A DNA stretch of 63,983 bases, counting the filler, from Basidioascus undulatus (taxonomy: Eukaryota): NCBI GenBank assembly GCA_000826855.1. It is 3 parts of 3 records of this genome, joined end to end, with 100 filler letters (N's around TTAATTAATTAA, not from the genome) between each part and the next. Parts side by side here need not be neighbours in the genome. Positions count along the whole stretch, not along the records: positions 43,726 to 63,983 come from JTLS01000378.1; 2 more parts are not named here. One strand, 5' to 3'. Position numbers and translations under genes: made by a program. Numbering within the stretch: the stretch's first letter is position 1; the number at the start of each line of letters is the position of its first letter. Of this stretch, positions 50,589 to 61,487 are shown in pieces. The notes under the pieces are model-generated. The model saw nothing but the letters and a program-made list of their open reading frames with translations. It made no database searches and was not told the DNA's origin.

Positions 50589-51371
50589 TTACTTCAGTGG
50601 CGAGATCCGAGGGAATAATTTAAGAGTGAATAAATCGAGCTCGGCGTTGTTGCTCCACTTTCCATTGAATTGTTCGACTAGGTCATAGGGCCGCATCAGC
50701 GCATCAGCTTGTTCGTTTTCTCCACCTATTCCCACTGTGGGGGATATGCGGTCTTCCGCAAACCAGTCTCCCAATCCGAAATACAACACGATACAGCTGA
50801 ATAAACTGCCGGACTCCCTCTCAAAACTCGTAAACCCGCGGTGACCGCATGCACAGGCAGAGTGTCCATCAGGACGCGTGCTCTGGCGAGCGAAGATATA
50901 CTCCATGAAAGCTGTGAGGCCTACGGTTTGCGCCGCTTTCTTCGAAACGCTAGCGAGCGCTTTGTTCTGTAAAACCAGGAGCAAACAACGTCGACGGCAC
51001 GCTGAGCTGCATACTTTTGGGCTGTACGGAGAGTACTCTCTGCATCTGTGATGGTGCTGACAGAAGGGATGCCCATGTCCGGGTGGATGAGGCGTAAGAA
51101 CCGCTCGAGCTCGTCCTCGTTCTCCTCGACGGGAACGACCTCGTGCGGACCTGTATTGCTGTCGCCAGGCTGAGGCAGGGAGAGGATGTCGCGAAAAATA
51201 GCCGTAAGATACACGGAGGACGTCCATTGGTATGTGGAAGAGGACTTTGTCCTTCGAACGTAGAGTAAAACCGGCTGAAGAGTCGGTAAATAGCTCAGAG
51301 ACCTTGGGCGGGATTGGCTTTTGCAAAGCCGGGTCAAACATGGTCCGACGTTTGGCTCTCTTAGAGGGCAT
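50589..51371 (-). pseudogene. BTB/POZ-domain gene with frameshift(s)
   Basis: FTLRSKDKVLFHIPMDVLRVS, then a frame change at ~51205 into TAIFRDILSLPQP...VPVEENEDELERFLRLIHP...AQKY, a typical basidiomycete BTB. Confidence 0.7.
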
Positions 51372-51713
51372 TGCGTGGTTGCAGAGGGCAGAGAGCTCGA
51401 GAGGCGCGGTTTCATCGTGAACAGGACGGCGGCGGATACGAACCCAGGTTAACTTTGCTACCGGCAGGTTTTCCGGAGTTTGAAAAGATGGTGTGCTTTT
51501 CACCAGCTTTATTATGGTGCTCCTCCGATAAGATCACTCTTTGGCCCCCTGGTAAAGGAATTGCGCAAGATTGTGCCACGATTATTCAAAAACGCGAACC
51601 GGTCTGGAGACCGAGGATGACATACTGCTTCCGCTAAAGGGTTTCCTCCAACATGCCTGGACCAGGCAACGTTGCATTGAATACTAACCACCACGGGAAG
51701 TCCCATCCCTGCC

Positions 51714-52995
51714 ATGCGTTTGCCGCAGTTCCTCCTCGGGCTAGCCGCAGCTTCTGTGCACCCTTCCCAGCCGTCCGAACCACCCGCACACCTCACCTCC
51801 TCATGGTCGTTTGACTCATCTGGGCAATCGAATCAGACTCTTCCGAACGGGCGCTCCTTCCTGGTTCACCGCCCCGACACCTACAATGAGTCCACGCCCC
51901 ACCCAGTCGTACTCTCGTTCCATGGCTACTCGCGAGATGAGGCGGTTCAAGAAAAGAAATCGGGGTTCTCGGAGGATGGCTTGACTATTGATGGGAGGGT
52001 GAGTTGTGATGTTTGTTTTGGAACTCAGCTCGTGGTTTATGAGGACTGATCGTGAGTAAGATGGCAGCCCATCATCGCTGTGTATCCTAGGGGGACCGTG
52101 GGACCGGGCAAGCATGGAACGCCTGAGCTGGCGTGGCAGGGAGCGCCGTATGCAAAAGTGAGTCTCATGAAGTAATCGCTTGTACGGCTTCTGATGCTCT
52201 CGGACCCAAAGCCTGGTGTGGACGATGTGCATCAAAAGCCCTCACGAACAAGCTGAACCTGCTGGCTAACACTTTTCGAAGGTCGCCTTCACGCACGCCA
52301 TTCTGGATGTGCTGGCTTCCAACCTCAATGTTGATACCTCGAGGATCTACGCAGCCGGAAAATCAAACGGCGGAGGCTTTGTATGTTCCATTGGTCCTGG
52401 ACCTCTCGCTGAAAATGGAGCTTGGCTGATGTCTTAGACCCACGTACAGGTCAACCTGCTCGCCTGTACGCGCTCCACAGCTCGACGCATCGCGGCTTTC
52501 TCTCTCGTCTCAGCCGCGCTCTACGATTCCACACACCCATTCAAACGATGCCACCCTGGCCGAATCGTCCCAATCCAGGGCTTCCACGGCACAGAGGACG
52601 AGATCATCCCGTACCGCGGGCGGTGGGCCAACAAGAAAGGGGATCCGAGATGTGCATAAACGCTTTTTTGAGGCCTCATTTTGTCCAGGACACTGAATTC
52701 GCTTCTGTTTTCAGATGCGACGCCCCACCTTGAGTCGTTCTGGGCAGGCTGGGCAGGACGGAATGGTCTGTCGGTCCTACCGGACAACGTTACGCATCCA
52801 TACAAGAACACCACAAAGTTCCACTGGGGGCCTCAGGGGAGAAAGAGGGGAATTGTCGAGGGGTTCAAGATCTGGGGGCTCGGGCATTCGTGGCCCAATA
52901 CAGAGGGGCTGGACAGGGGACAGAAGGCACCGTTCAATGCGACGGAAGAGGAGATTGTACCATTCTTTGAGGCCTACAAGCTTTCTCAGCTTTAG
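51714..52995 (+). CDS. Secreted carbohydrate esterase family 1 (feruloyl esterase-like alpha/beta hydrolase)
   Basis: Signal peptide, PVVLSFHG, IAVYPRG, WQGAPYA, VDDVAF, RIYAAGKSNGGGF (nucleophile), FHGTED (Asp), GLGHSWP (His). Confidence 0.9.
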
Positions 52996-53286
52996 CAACT
53001 AGCCTTCATAAAGTCAAGATTTTTGTGCCTCGGATGTAACTCGCGTCTTCATGCACTTGCGACAGCAGCTTAAAGCTGGGTGAAGTAGGAAAGACAGCGC
53101 TTCCAAAGCATCGTCGATAGAGTGAGTACGCTTTCCTGGTAACGCACTGGAAGTACTGGAAGGATTGGGTCTGACAAGAGTGGCAACAGCAGTGCTCCAG
53201 TGCGATTGACGCAGACAAACAGCCACAGCCATGGTCGCTCAATGAGCAGGCATGGGAGTGAACATTCCACTGCAAGCTCGATAATA

Positions 53287-54470
53287 TCACATCAACCCAG
53301 ATACTGCATATAGAATAACAGAAATCACGAGGAACACCGAGCACTGCAGCCGACGAGCATCTGACTGCTCTGGCGCTGCCGCACCACCAGAGGCACCTTG
53401 CTCGACCGCCCCTACAATACTCGACGTCCCGTTGATAACGTATTGCCCCAGGACGCCTTGGGCCATGGGACTGCCCAGACCCGACACAAAGACCTGCGTG
53501 ACCTGATACGCGCCAGCCGGGTTGGTGTGGATCTGTAAAAGGCTGAAAGCAGCAGCTGAGACGCTGTTTCGAGGACAGGTGGACTGACAACGTCCCACAG
53601 GTAGTACTGAGTCAGTCAGGTTCTTCCCGAGCTTCTCGGAGAGCTGGATGGTGGACTCGAAGTGGTTGACGAGTCTCGTTCGCGACGAGCTGCATATGGC
53701 CAACGAACTGACGGCCGAGGGATGTCTGTCAATCTGCGAGGAATGGCAGAGAAAATCGGAGAGACGGACGGGAATAGGAGAATTAACGATTGTAGAGCTG
53801 TTCGAGTGCGGGTTGCTGGGCTTGACGGCTGTCGACTGAGTGAATCACGCTTCGATAGAGCATAGCTTCGGGGGACTCACAGTTTGGGAAGAAAGGATGG
53901 GAGTGGCGCCAGCGGTTGTCACGTTCGCGACGAATGTGCGGATATATCTGTGAATATAAGGTGGTAAATAAAAATGGTCATGGTGCTTTAGACTCGAGAA
54001 GATTTCGAACCCAGGAAAAGTCTTGAGGACCTCGTCCGTCCCGTTGACAGTCGCAGTCTCGTTTCCAGCTCCGGGGAGCGGCGCCCTATCGTCCGTGTCC
54101 GGCGACCCACCATCATTGTGCCCAAACTCGATAACGACCTCTGGTCCACATTCAATCAAGTCATTTCAGCAAGCTCATGAAGTTCAGCGATCATGAAAAG
54201 AAAAACTTCGCACCGTCCCCCGGCTTCAGGAGCTCCACTACGCTGTTCCACCACTCCTCGCGGATGTACGTCCGCGCGCTCCGCGCGCTCCGCGCGCTCA
54301 CGGATTTATTGGCGATTGTGATGTTTGGGAATTCGGGCGCCTAGACGCACCACCCCTGCCGCGTGGGCGAGTCGGGTCCGTGGGAGGCCATCGTGCTGTC
54401 AAGGTAGAGCGTCTGGGCGGCGGCGAGCGCGGGGAGAAGGAAGGGTATGGGGTGGAGGATAATTTTCGGG
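53287..54470 (-). pseudogene. Rhamnogalacturonan acetylesterase-like (CE12, SGNH) pseudogene with a GPI-like tail
   Basis: TLYL-DSTMA (Gly of the GDS motif missing), QGW, (SAR)3TY, VVIEFGHNDGG, GATPILSSQT, HTNPAGA. No ATG before the signal-like segment; frame break near 53670. Confidence 0.75.
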
Positions 54471-55985
54471 AGGGAGTGGGGGGAGTTGCGGATGAATGAG
54501 GGGAGGGGAAGGAGCAGGAAGCAGCGAGGAGGAGGACCGCGGGGATCTGGGCGCCTGGTCGGTTGGTCTGGTTCGTGTGAGTCAGGAACGAGAGAATGTC
54601 GGTCCAGTCGTGCATATATCCCGGTCAGTTCATGGACATTGTGACCATCCTTTCCCTGATGAGGCGTTGCCACTGTTCAGTCCGCCTGTGGAAGTGTACG
54701 AAAAATTGACATCAAGCGACGCCACATGCTGCCGGGCGGTTCCAGCCCCGGCCAGCTGGTGCGCCCGTTGTTCGGCGACTTCGCCAAGTTGATGGATCAC
54801 CGGGTGGAAAAAACAACATCAACAAAAGGACAGTGTATAATGTAGTGGAAGCCAAGAAATGGAGGCATCCGACGAGATGTAGGTGAAGGATACTCTGTGA
54901 GGGAGCCTCAGGGAGGCATGCACAGCCAACGCACGCGCTGTGCGTTGTTCCGTTGCACATTTCTTTTGTTCGAAACGGAACGCCCTGCTGAAGTCTTTAA
55001 GGGGGTTCTTTCATACGACGAGCAGCCGTTCCGTGCCGACCTGCGAAGGCGCATTATATTCGGCGTGCTCGTCTCATTCCGTCGCAAAGTTCGACTGCAC
55101 CAGACCCAACCATATCCCGTGTTGAACAAGGACAGGAAGGAGTGAGAAAAATGCGCCATGTAACCGTGATGATGTTGAGTGCCTGCAATCTACCGACAAA
55201 CGTCGCAAGACGACGCAAACCTCGCCTTACTTAACTGCAACCGCAACGCCGCCTTGTGCGTTAAACCAATCCTGAGAAGCCTGGTAACAGACGGTACAAC
55301 GCCCAGTCGGCGGGGTCCGCGGTGGAGGAACATAAGAGCTCGGCGGTGAGGCGAAGAGGGGTGAGGAAGCAGCCTGGTTCGCTCGAGAGCAGTGCCAGCG
55401 CTCCACCATAAGGACGCCCGTCTTTTCGACTTCCATCGTGTGCGCCGATGCGCACCCTAGTGTTCAAACATAGCGAGGTGACCACCGTCGGAGAGATGAG
55501 CCAGGCACAACTGCGGTGCACAGTGGTCGTAACGCAACACAGCGACTCCCAACCGCGAACGACGCAGTGGAACAGGAAACGATGGGTTTCGAGCAAAGAC
55601 AACGAGATCGCGGGAAGTAGCGCGTTGATGCATAATAACGAAGATGGGGTTCGATGTCGCGGAACCCGCGTGGCGAAATGAGCATTAAGGGACGACTTCC
55701 TTCGACGGACGACGATCGAGATGAACTAGTACACGAGTGCAATGTTCGATTGAAACCAGCGTGGACCGATCCGAATGAGCTACGGCCAAGCACGCCGACG
55801 GTTGCACACGAGCAGAACGCGCCGTGTAGAGCACAAGAGACAACAGAGGCCGCGTTCAGGGGTATGATCTACAACAGCTTCGGAAGAGAGACCCATCACG
55901 AAAGACCCATTATCGACGATGACGATTATCAACAGCGGACTGGTAGGCTTGACTGCGAGACGTTGCACGGTCCGAACGACGACGT

Positions 55986-56612
55986 TTACTTCTTCTGTGG
56001 ACGCGTCCACGGGGGGTCAGTAACGGCGGGGTGCAGAGAAGGGGAGATGAGGAGATGGAGGGGGCCCACGTTGGCAGGGTTCTCGGGGCTCTCCTTCCAA
56101 GCCTTCCCGACCTGTTTCCATCGAGATGTGAGCAAAGGCGACACAAGAGTGGTCGAATCGCGTCGACTCCACGCGACGGTCTAGCAACGCACCTCCTTCA
56201 TCCGCTCCGCTGTAGTCGCGACGTTCCGTCAGCACGCGCGCGTGAATCAATATCACGGACAAGACGCACTCTGCTTCATGTCCGGCTTGCTCTCCTTGAG
56301 CTCCTTAAGCATCTTCGAGGCGAAGAGGTCTGCGTGCGCCTCGACGCGTCAGCACGCGCGCCGCGCCCGACGCGTCCCGCCCCGCCGTCCACCAGCCCAC
56401 ACCGAAGACGAATACACACTGTACGCAGACGGGGCACGCTTGGCCTTGGTCCCGCCAGTCGCGGCGGCTGTTCAAGCCCCAAAATCGACGTGTCAACGCG
56501 TGCGTTCAACGACCTCGACACCGCCAGCGCCGACGTCGCGTCGGGACTCGGACGTACACTTGGCGGCGCGCGGCGCGCGGGTGCGCTTCTCGGTGGTGGT
56601 GCCCTCGGCCAT
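55986..56612 (-). CDS. Small YABBY-domain/HMG-box-like DNA-binding protein, split over about 6 short exons
   Basis: MAEGTTTEKRTRAPRAAK / AAATGGTKAKRAPSAYN / LFASKMLKELKESKPDMKQ / ... / VGKAWKESPENPAN / KK*. Confidence 0.78.
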
Positions 56613-57619
56613 TGTTAAGTTGAGATCAAGAAGGTGGTTAAAATGGGAAACTTGGGGTGGTGCAAGTGGTCGAAGGTGGTGGTGGTTGAGGAACAGGAGG
56701 GAGGGAGACAACGCGAGGGGGGAAAAGCGACCGCGCCTGCCTGGGTCGGTCAGTCAGAAGGCCGCGCGCGTGCTCGCCAGCCCGCGTCGCGTCAAACGAA
56801 TGCGCTGATAAGCTTCAAACAATTGCAATACGGTCACGTGAGGGGCTTGAAAACAGCCTGCATGGACAAACACCGCGAAAACGATGCATGTCAAAAGAAA
56901 TATTTGCTGCTGAAAGGCCGAGGTCGATGAGAAATGGGAGGCCATCTGCAGGGCAGTCGGGAGCGAAACGCACAGCGCTGGCGGAATTGCGTGAAATTTT
57001 CCTAGCCTATCACTCGAATTGCCCTTTACCTCCAATAGGCGAAACTGTCTTGGGAATGTAGAACCAGAAACTAAATCTACTCTTTTTGACCCTTAACAGG
57101 GGTCACTGGCCTTAAAGTTGTGGTGAGTTTGCTCGAATGCAGCGCGACAGACAACTGTGAATGTCATGTTGTTAGTAAACAAGAACAGACGAAGGAGCAG
57201 GACACAAACGCCAAAAATACGGTGAATATCCTTTGGCCATGTAGCTGAAAATGATATGATACTCAGAAATTGCGCCTCAGAGCGGCCTGCGGACTCTTCC
57301 CTGCGACAGCTGCGACTCGAGTTATCTCAGAACACACGTCCACCGGTGCCTTCGCAGAGCTTGCACGACTGCCTTTCTTGTTGGCGTACTCAGCATGGAG
57401 GTTCGAGTTCATCTCCCGCGAGCGGATGAGCCGTCTTTCACGGCGGCGAGCGGTCAAACCTCGAGCCTTCGCTGCCTTCGTTATTTCCTCGCACAGCCTT
57501 CTTTTCAGCGCACTTATCGGGCCGTACGCCTCTCCCTTTCTCTCAACGATCTCCCCCACAGTCGGAAATATCTCCTTTATCCATCCGGGTGGTTGATATA
57601 CCATCTTTTGTCTGTCATC

Positions 57620-58929
57620 ATGCACCCAAAGACCCTCGACCTCACCGCCGCGCAAGCGCTCCAAGAAAGCTCCGCCACGGTCGACGCTCGAGCTTCAGAG
57701 ATCATCGCCCGCGACCTGCCTGATAATGTGAAGCTTTCGTTCCTCTCAGAAGGTTTCAAAGGCTCAAGCCTGCTTGAATATCCTCGTGCTTGCAGCTCCG
57801 GTGAGCAAGCTCCGCCTCCTTTAACAGCCACTCCGCCGTTCACCTCCCCGAACCCGTTCCAGCGACAACTCCTCTCGCATCTCCACCCTGAACCCTCCCC
57901 TCTCCCTATGACATGATCTCCCAAACAGACTACACCCTCTACCCGGACCCCGCCGCGCACCCACCACGGGACAAGCACGCGCGCTTGGAGCCGAACGAGA
58001 CTGTTATTGGCCTGCTCGAGGAGGGTAGGGTGTTTGCGGAGGAGTTGATTGAGATTTACTTTGTGTGAGCCGTTTTATTATGCTTAGGATTATAGCAGAT
58101 TATTGTTTGCTGATGAGGACGGTGAATGTGAGACAGACTGCACCAGTGCGTCCGCTTAAAGAGCCCTAAGTCGGTACTTTCATTGAACGATCGGCTTGTA
58201 TCGGTCCTCACTTTTTAATTTCAACATACTTCTCCTCCAGGATCGAATATGGCGCGACCTTCGTCGTCGAAGTCCAAGAATCGGCCGTCGGACTCATCCT
58301 GAGTGCGCCCTTGCTTCCTTCTCGGCAAGCTTGCCACGCTTAGGGTCTGAAGCCCATCACAGGTTGCCTGGAGACCCTCCATGAAATTTGTTACGAGTGA
58401 GCCTTATCCCGACTGCTGATTGGTAGTCATGCTGAGATCCTTTACCTCGAGGCGCTCGGAATACCACAAGGCACGCGCCAGCCTGATCGCTGCGTATGCG
58501 AAGTACCCACAGACGAAGTTCTATCTGGTATGGTTAGCTTCTTCTTAAAAGGTCCTGTCCACTTACTCGACCCTGGGGCATCTAGCTTGAGATCAAAGAG
58601 CTCAACACTAGGTACTTGTCCAACGACTGCATTATCCTGTTTGCGCTCACACTGTCCGGGACTGCCTCAGACAGCTTCACAGCAGGTAGGCATACATTTA
58701 CAATCTTCAAAAGTATAGGAAAAATGACGTCACGTACCCCTCAGCCGCCGCAAACTTACGCACATGAAGCAGGGCAGACTGCTTGTGCTGGACCACCTCA
58801 TCAAGAACCTGGACAAGGTAAGTGATTTTGTTTGAAATTCCGGGGGGAGTCTAATCTGAAGCTTTAGATGGTTTCTATAGGTCCTCCAGCTTGAAGGGAG
58901 ACCAGGTCGCTGGGAGCCTTATGTACTGA
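57620..58929 (+). pseudogene. Proteasome activator PA28/11S (REG)-like gene, divergent, with a frameshift in the last exon
   Basis: LEPNETVIGLL, SPKIEYGATFVVEVQE (canonical PKIEDGNNFGVxVQE), YHKARASLIAAYAKYPQ, VLDHLIKNLDKV, and a terminal ...SLMY* that is one base out of frame. Confidence 0.7.
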
Positions 58930-59687
58930 GGCGTTTGAAAGCTTCATGAGGCTGTCGTGGAGGGCTTTGCTACGGCTGCTAATATTTTGTAGACGACCTT
59001 TGACTGGTTACGCTGGTATGATTGCGATGTATAATAGATACTTTACATGTATGGCGCGCAGCGGTTCGCATTTCACGCCCACTCCTCCACAGCACAGGGC
59101 TTGCTCGCAGCGCGTTCGAGTCTCAGATAGACGGGGGTGAGGAGAAATGTCTCAAAAATGTCTAATCACATTCGCTGGAAATGTGCAGCGTAAATGCGCC
59201 TGCTGACTTGTCGTCTGTGAGGTCGGAGGTTCGCCGCAGGCCGAGGGGGCGGGCGGCGCGCTGCGGGCCTGTCGAGTCGGGATGACCAAAGCTAGCGTCG
59301 GTGTGCTCCACTGGGGTTCACCGTGGTAATCAATCATCAATGTCGCTGAAATATATTACTCGACCGATGCTGCGTGAGCCGCATTTCGTCCCCTGCGAGG
59401 CGGCGGTGGGTCGCTGCAGGCCTCCAGAGCGGAGCGGGCGGCGCGGCGGGCGTCGGGATGTTTGACCGCTGCGCCTTTTGTGCCTCAGTGTGTTTATAAG
59501 TAAAACTACTCCCCTTCAAGCCTCCACTATGCGCGCGCTGGGAGGATGACACCAAGCGGAGTCGAGGGGGCGTCGTTACTTGCCGACTGCCCCTTTGCAG
59601 TGCTCTGCCTGAAAGATCAGCGGCAAACACTGCAGTTGTATTCCCCATCTTCAGCTTTCAGATATTGAAAACCGTAGGATAAGACTT

Positions 59688-60400
59688 ATGACTTCCGAGA
59701 TCAAAACGCTCGGCCAGTTCGAGACGCAGGCGGGCTTGGTCGTCCCCGTCGCCTTTCTCGCATACAAAACCTTCGGCGACCCGGGGCTCCCTGCAATCAT
59801 GTACCCAGCCTGGTGAGCTCTTCCAGCAATTATCAACGGAAGTCTTTCCCATGTACAGTCTCTGACGAGCTGCAATTCTTCTCAGGTTCTCCGGCTCGAT
59901 CGCAGACAACGAGTGGCTTATCGGCGACGACAAGACGCTCTCGCCCAAGAAGAACTTAATCATCATCCGTACGTTCTACTCCTTCAAATGGCTCAGTAGA
60001 TCCTGCGGAGAAAAAAGCTAAGGCCACTGCCGTTATGCTTCCAGCGGCCTTGTTCGGAGCTGGCCAGTCGTCGTCGCCATCGAACCAACCCGAGCCGTGG
60101 AACGGCCCAAACTTCCCACACACCAGCTTGTATGACAACGTCAAGGTATGTTCAGAATTTTGAGCAGCTTCATGGAGAATTGATCTGACCGTAGGCTCGT
60201 CTGTCTTGTTGGTTCGGGCTCAGCATCGCCTCGTCTTCGAGCATCTTGGCGTCAAGGGCAAGCTGTTCGCCGTCGTTGGATGGTCGATGGCAGCCTGCCA
60301 GGTCCGTTGTTTTATTAGCCCTTTGTATGGATAAAGACTGTTACGGTAGGTAAGTAATGAGCTCGCTTACGCTTTCCTGATACTAGACGTTCTTCAGGAA
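59688..60400 (+). pseudogene. Homoserine O-acetyltransferase-like alpha/beta hydrolase, 3'-truncated
   Basis: AFLAYKTFGDPGLPAIMYPAWFSGSIADNEWLIG, ALFGAGQSSSPSN, YDNVKAQHRLV..LG, VVGWSMAACQ. Similarity stops immediately after the nucleophile elbow. Confidence 0.75.
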
Positions 60401-60699
60401 GAAAGCCAAGAAAATCACGCATGCCCCATCTTCCCCAGCTCACATCCTGAAGCAGCCTGATTGGATATCTTAGTCTAGAGTCCGTTATATAACTTGCTCG
60501 TCGAACCCACTCTGCCCATTGTATTGCATTGGATTAACCTGCCTAGGCTGGCGGCATCAGTAGGTTGAGCCGTCCCCCCCGGCACTTTTCTCAAGCAAGC
60601 ACACCTGCCTGCTACGGCGAGCACTGGACATCCGCCTGAAGACCAGCATGTTGCCATGCTAATTATTTGGCAACCATTGGTTTCTGTTTTACTTTCAAC

Positions 60700-61487
60700 C
60701 GCATGCATCAACCGTTCAGGTGGGGTATCGCTAATCCTAGGCGTCCTGGATCTCATCCTTCAACCATCTCACCAAAGCCCATCCAACATCGTGGGGGTCT
60801 TCTGGCCCACTGTGAATAAGTCAACGGAGACCGCCACAGGTCCAAACGCCAACTGTAGGACCGCCCTGGGATCCTCCTGGCCGTCCTCCTTCAGCCTCCC
60901 TGTCGTGGGTCCCGAAGCACCGTCAGCGCGCTGCTTCCATCGCGGGGGTAGAGCATGAGAAGGCGGGACTGCACCGCACTTACGCGTCTGCCTGTACCGC
61001 CCGATTTTCTCCTCCCCTGACTCTCGAGCTGGATGATTTTGTACCCAAGTATTGCGAAGCTAGGCGGATTGGAGCTGATGGGCTGAAACTCCATGCGAAG
61101 TGCGTGCCTCAGGCGGTTCGACGGTCCTCGCGAAGCCCCAGAGCGCAGCCGAGAGCGATACTGAGACAGTGCAGAGGAGAATTGGCCCAGACATCGACTG
61201 CTTCGGCGAGATGATGATCGTCGTCGGATTGGTTTCTCGGAACGATGCATTCTGCGCACAGTCGGCCTTGTGCAAGGGCCAGTCCGCCCTTTGGCACTGC
61301 TCGGAGGAATACCAGGCAGGTGAAAGCGATAGAAGGCATCAGCCATTACGGCGTAAGCGTAGAAGTGCGTAACGACCCCGCCCTACTCACCAAGCTTGCA
61401 CCTCCCGCACTTGCGGTACATTGGGCCGCCCGCCGGCTCGGGCTTTAAGCAGCTGTGACAGTTTAGATACTTCGAGCGGTCAGCCAT
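60700..61487 (-). pseudogene. zf-MYND domain gene, degenerate
   Basis: MADRSKYLNCHSCLKP..RKCGRCKL|AWYSSEQCQRADWPLHKADC, with one Cys ligand replaced by Ser. Frame breaks and stops follow; the left boundary is approximate. Confidence 0.65.

Noticed and set aside
55166..55276. Box C/D snoRNA (GTGATGA ... CTGA)
   Set aside because: No terminal stem and no rRNA-complementary guide that I could identify.
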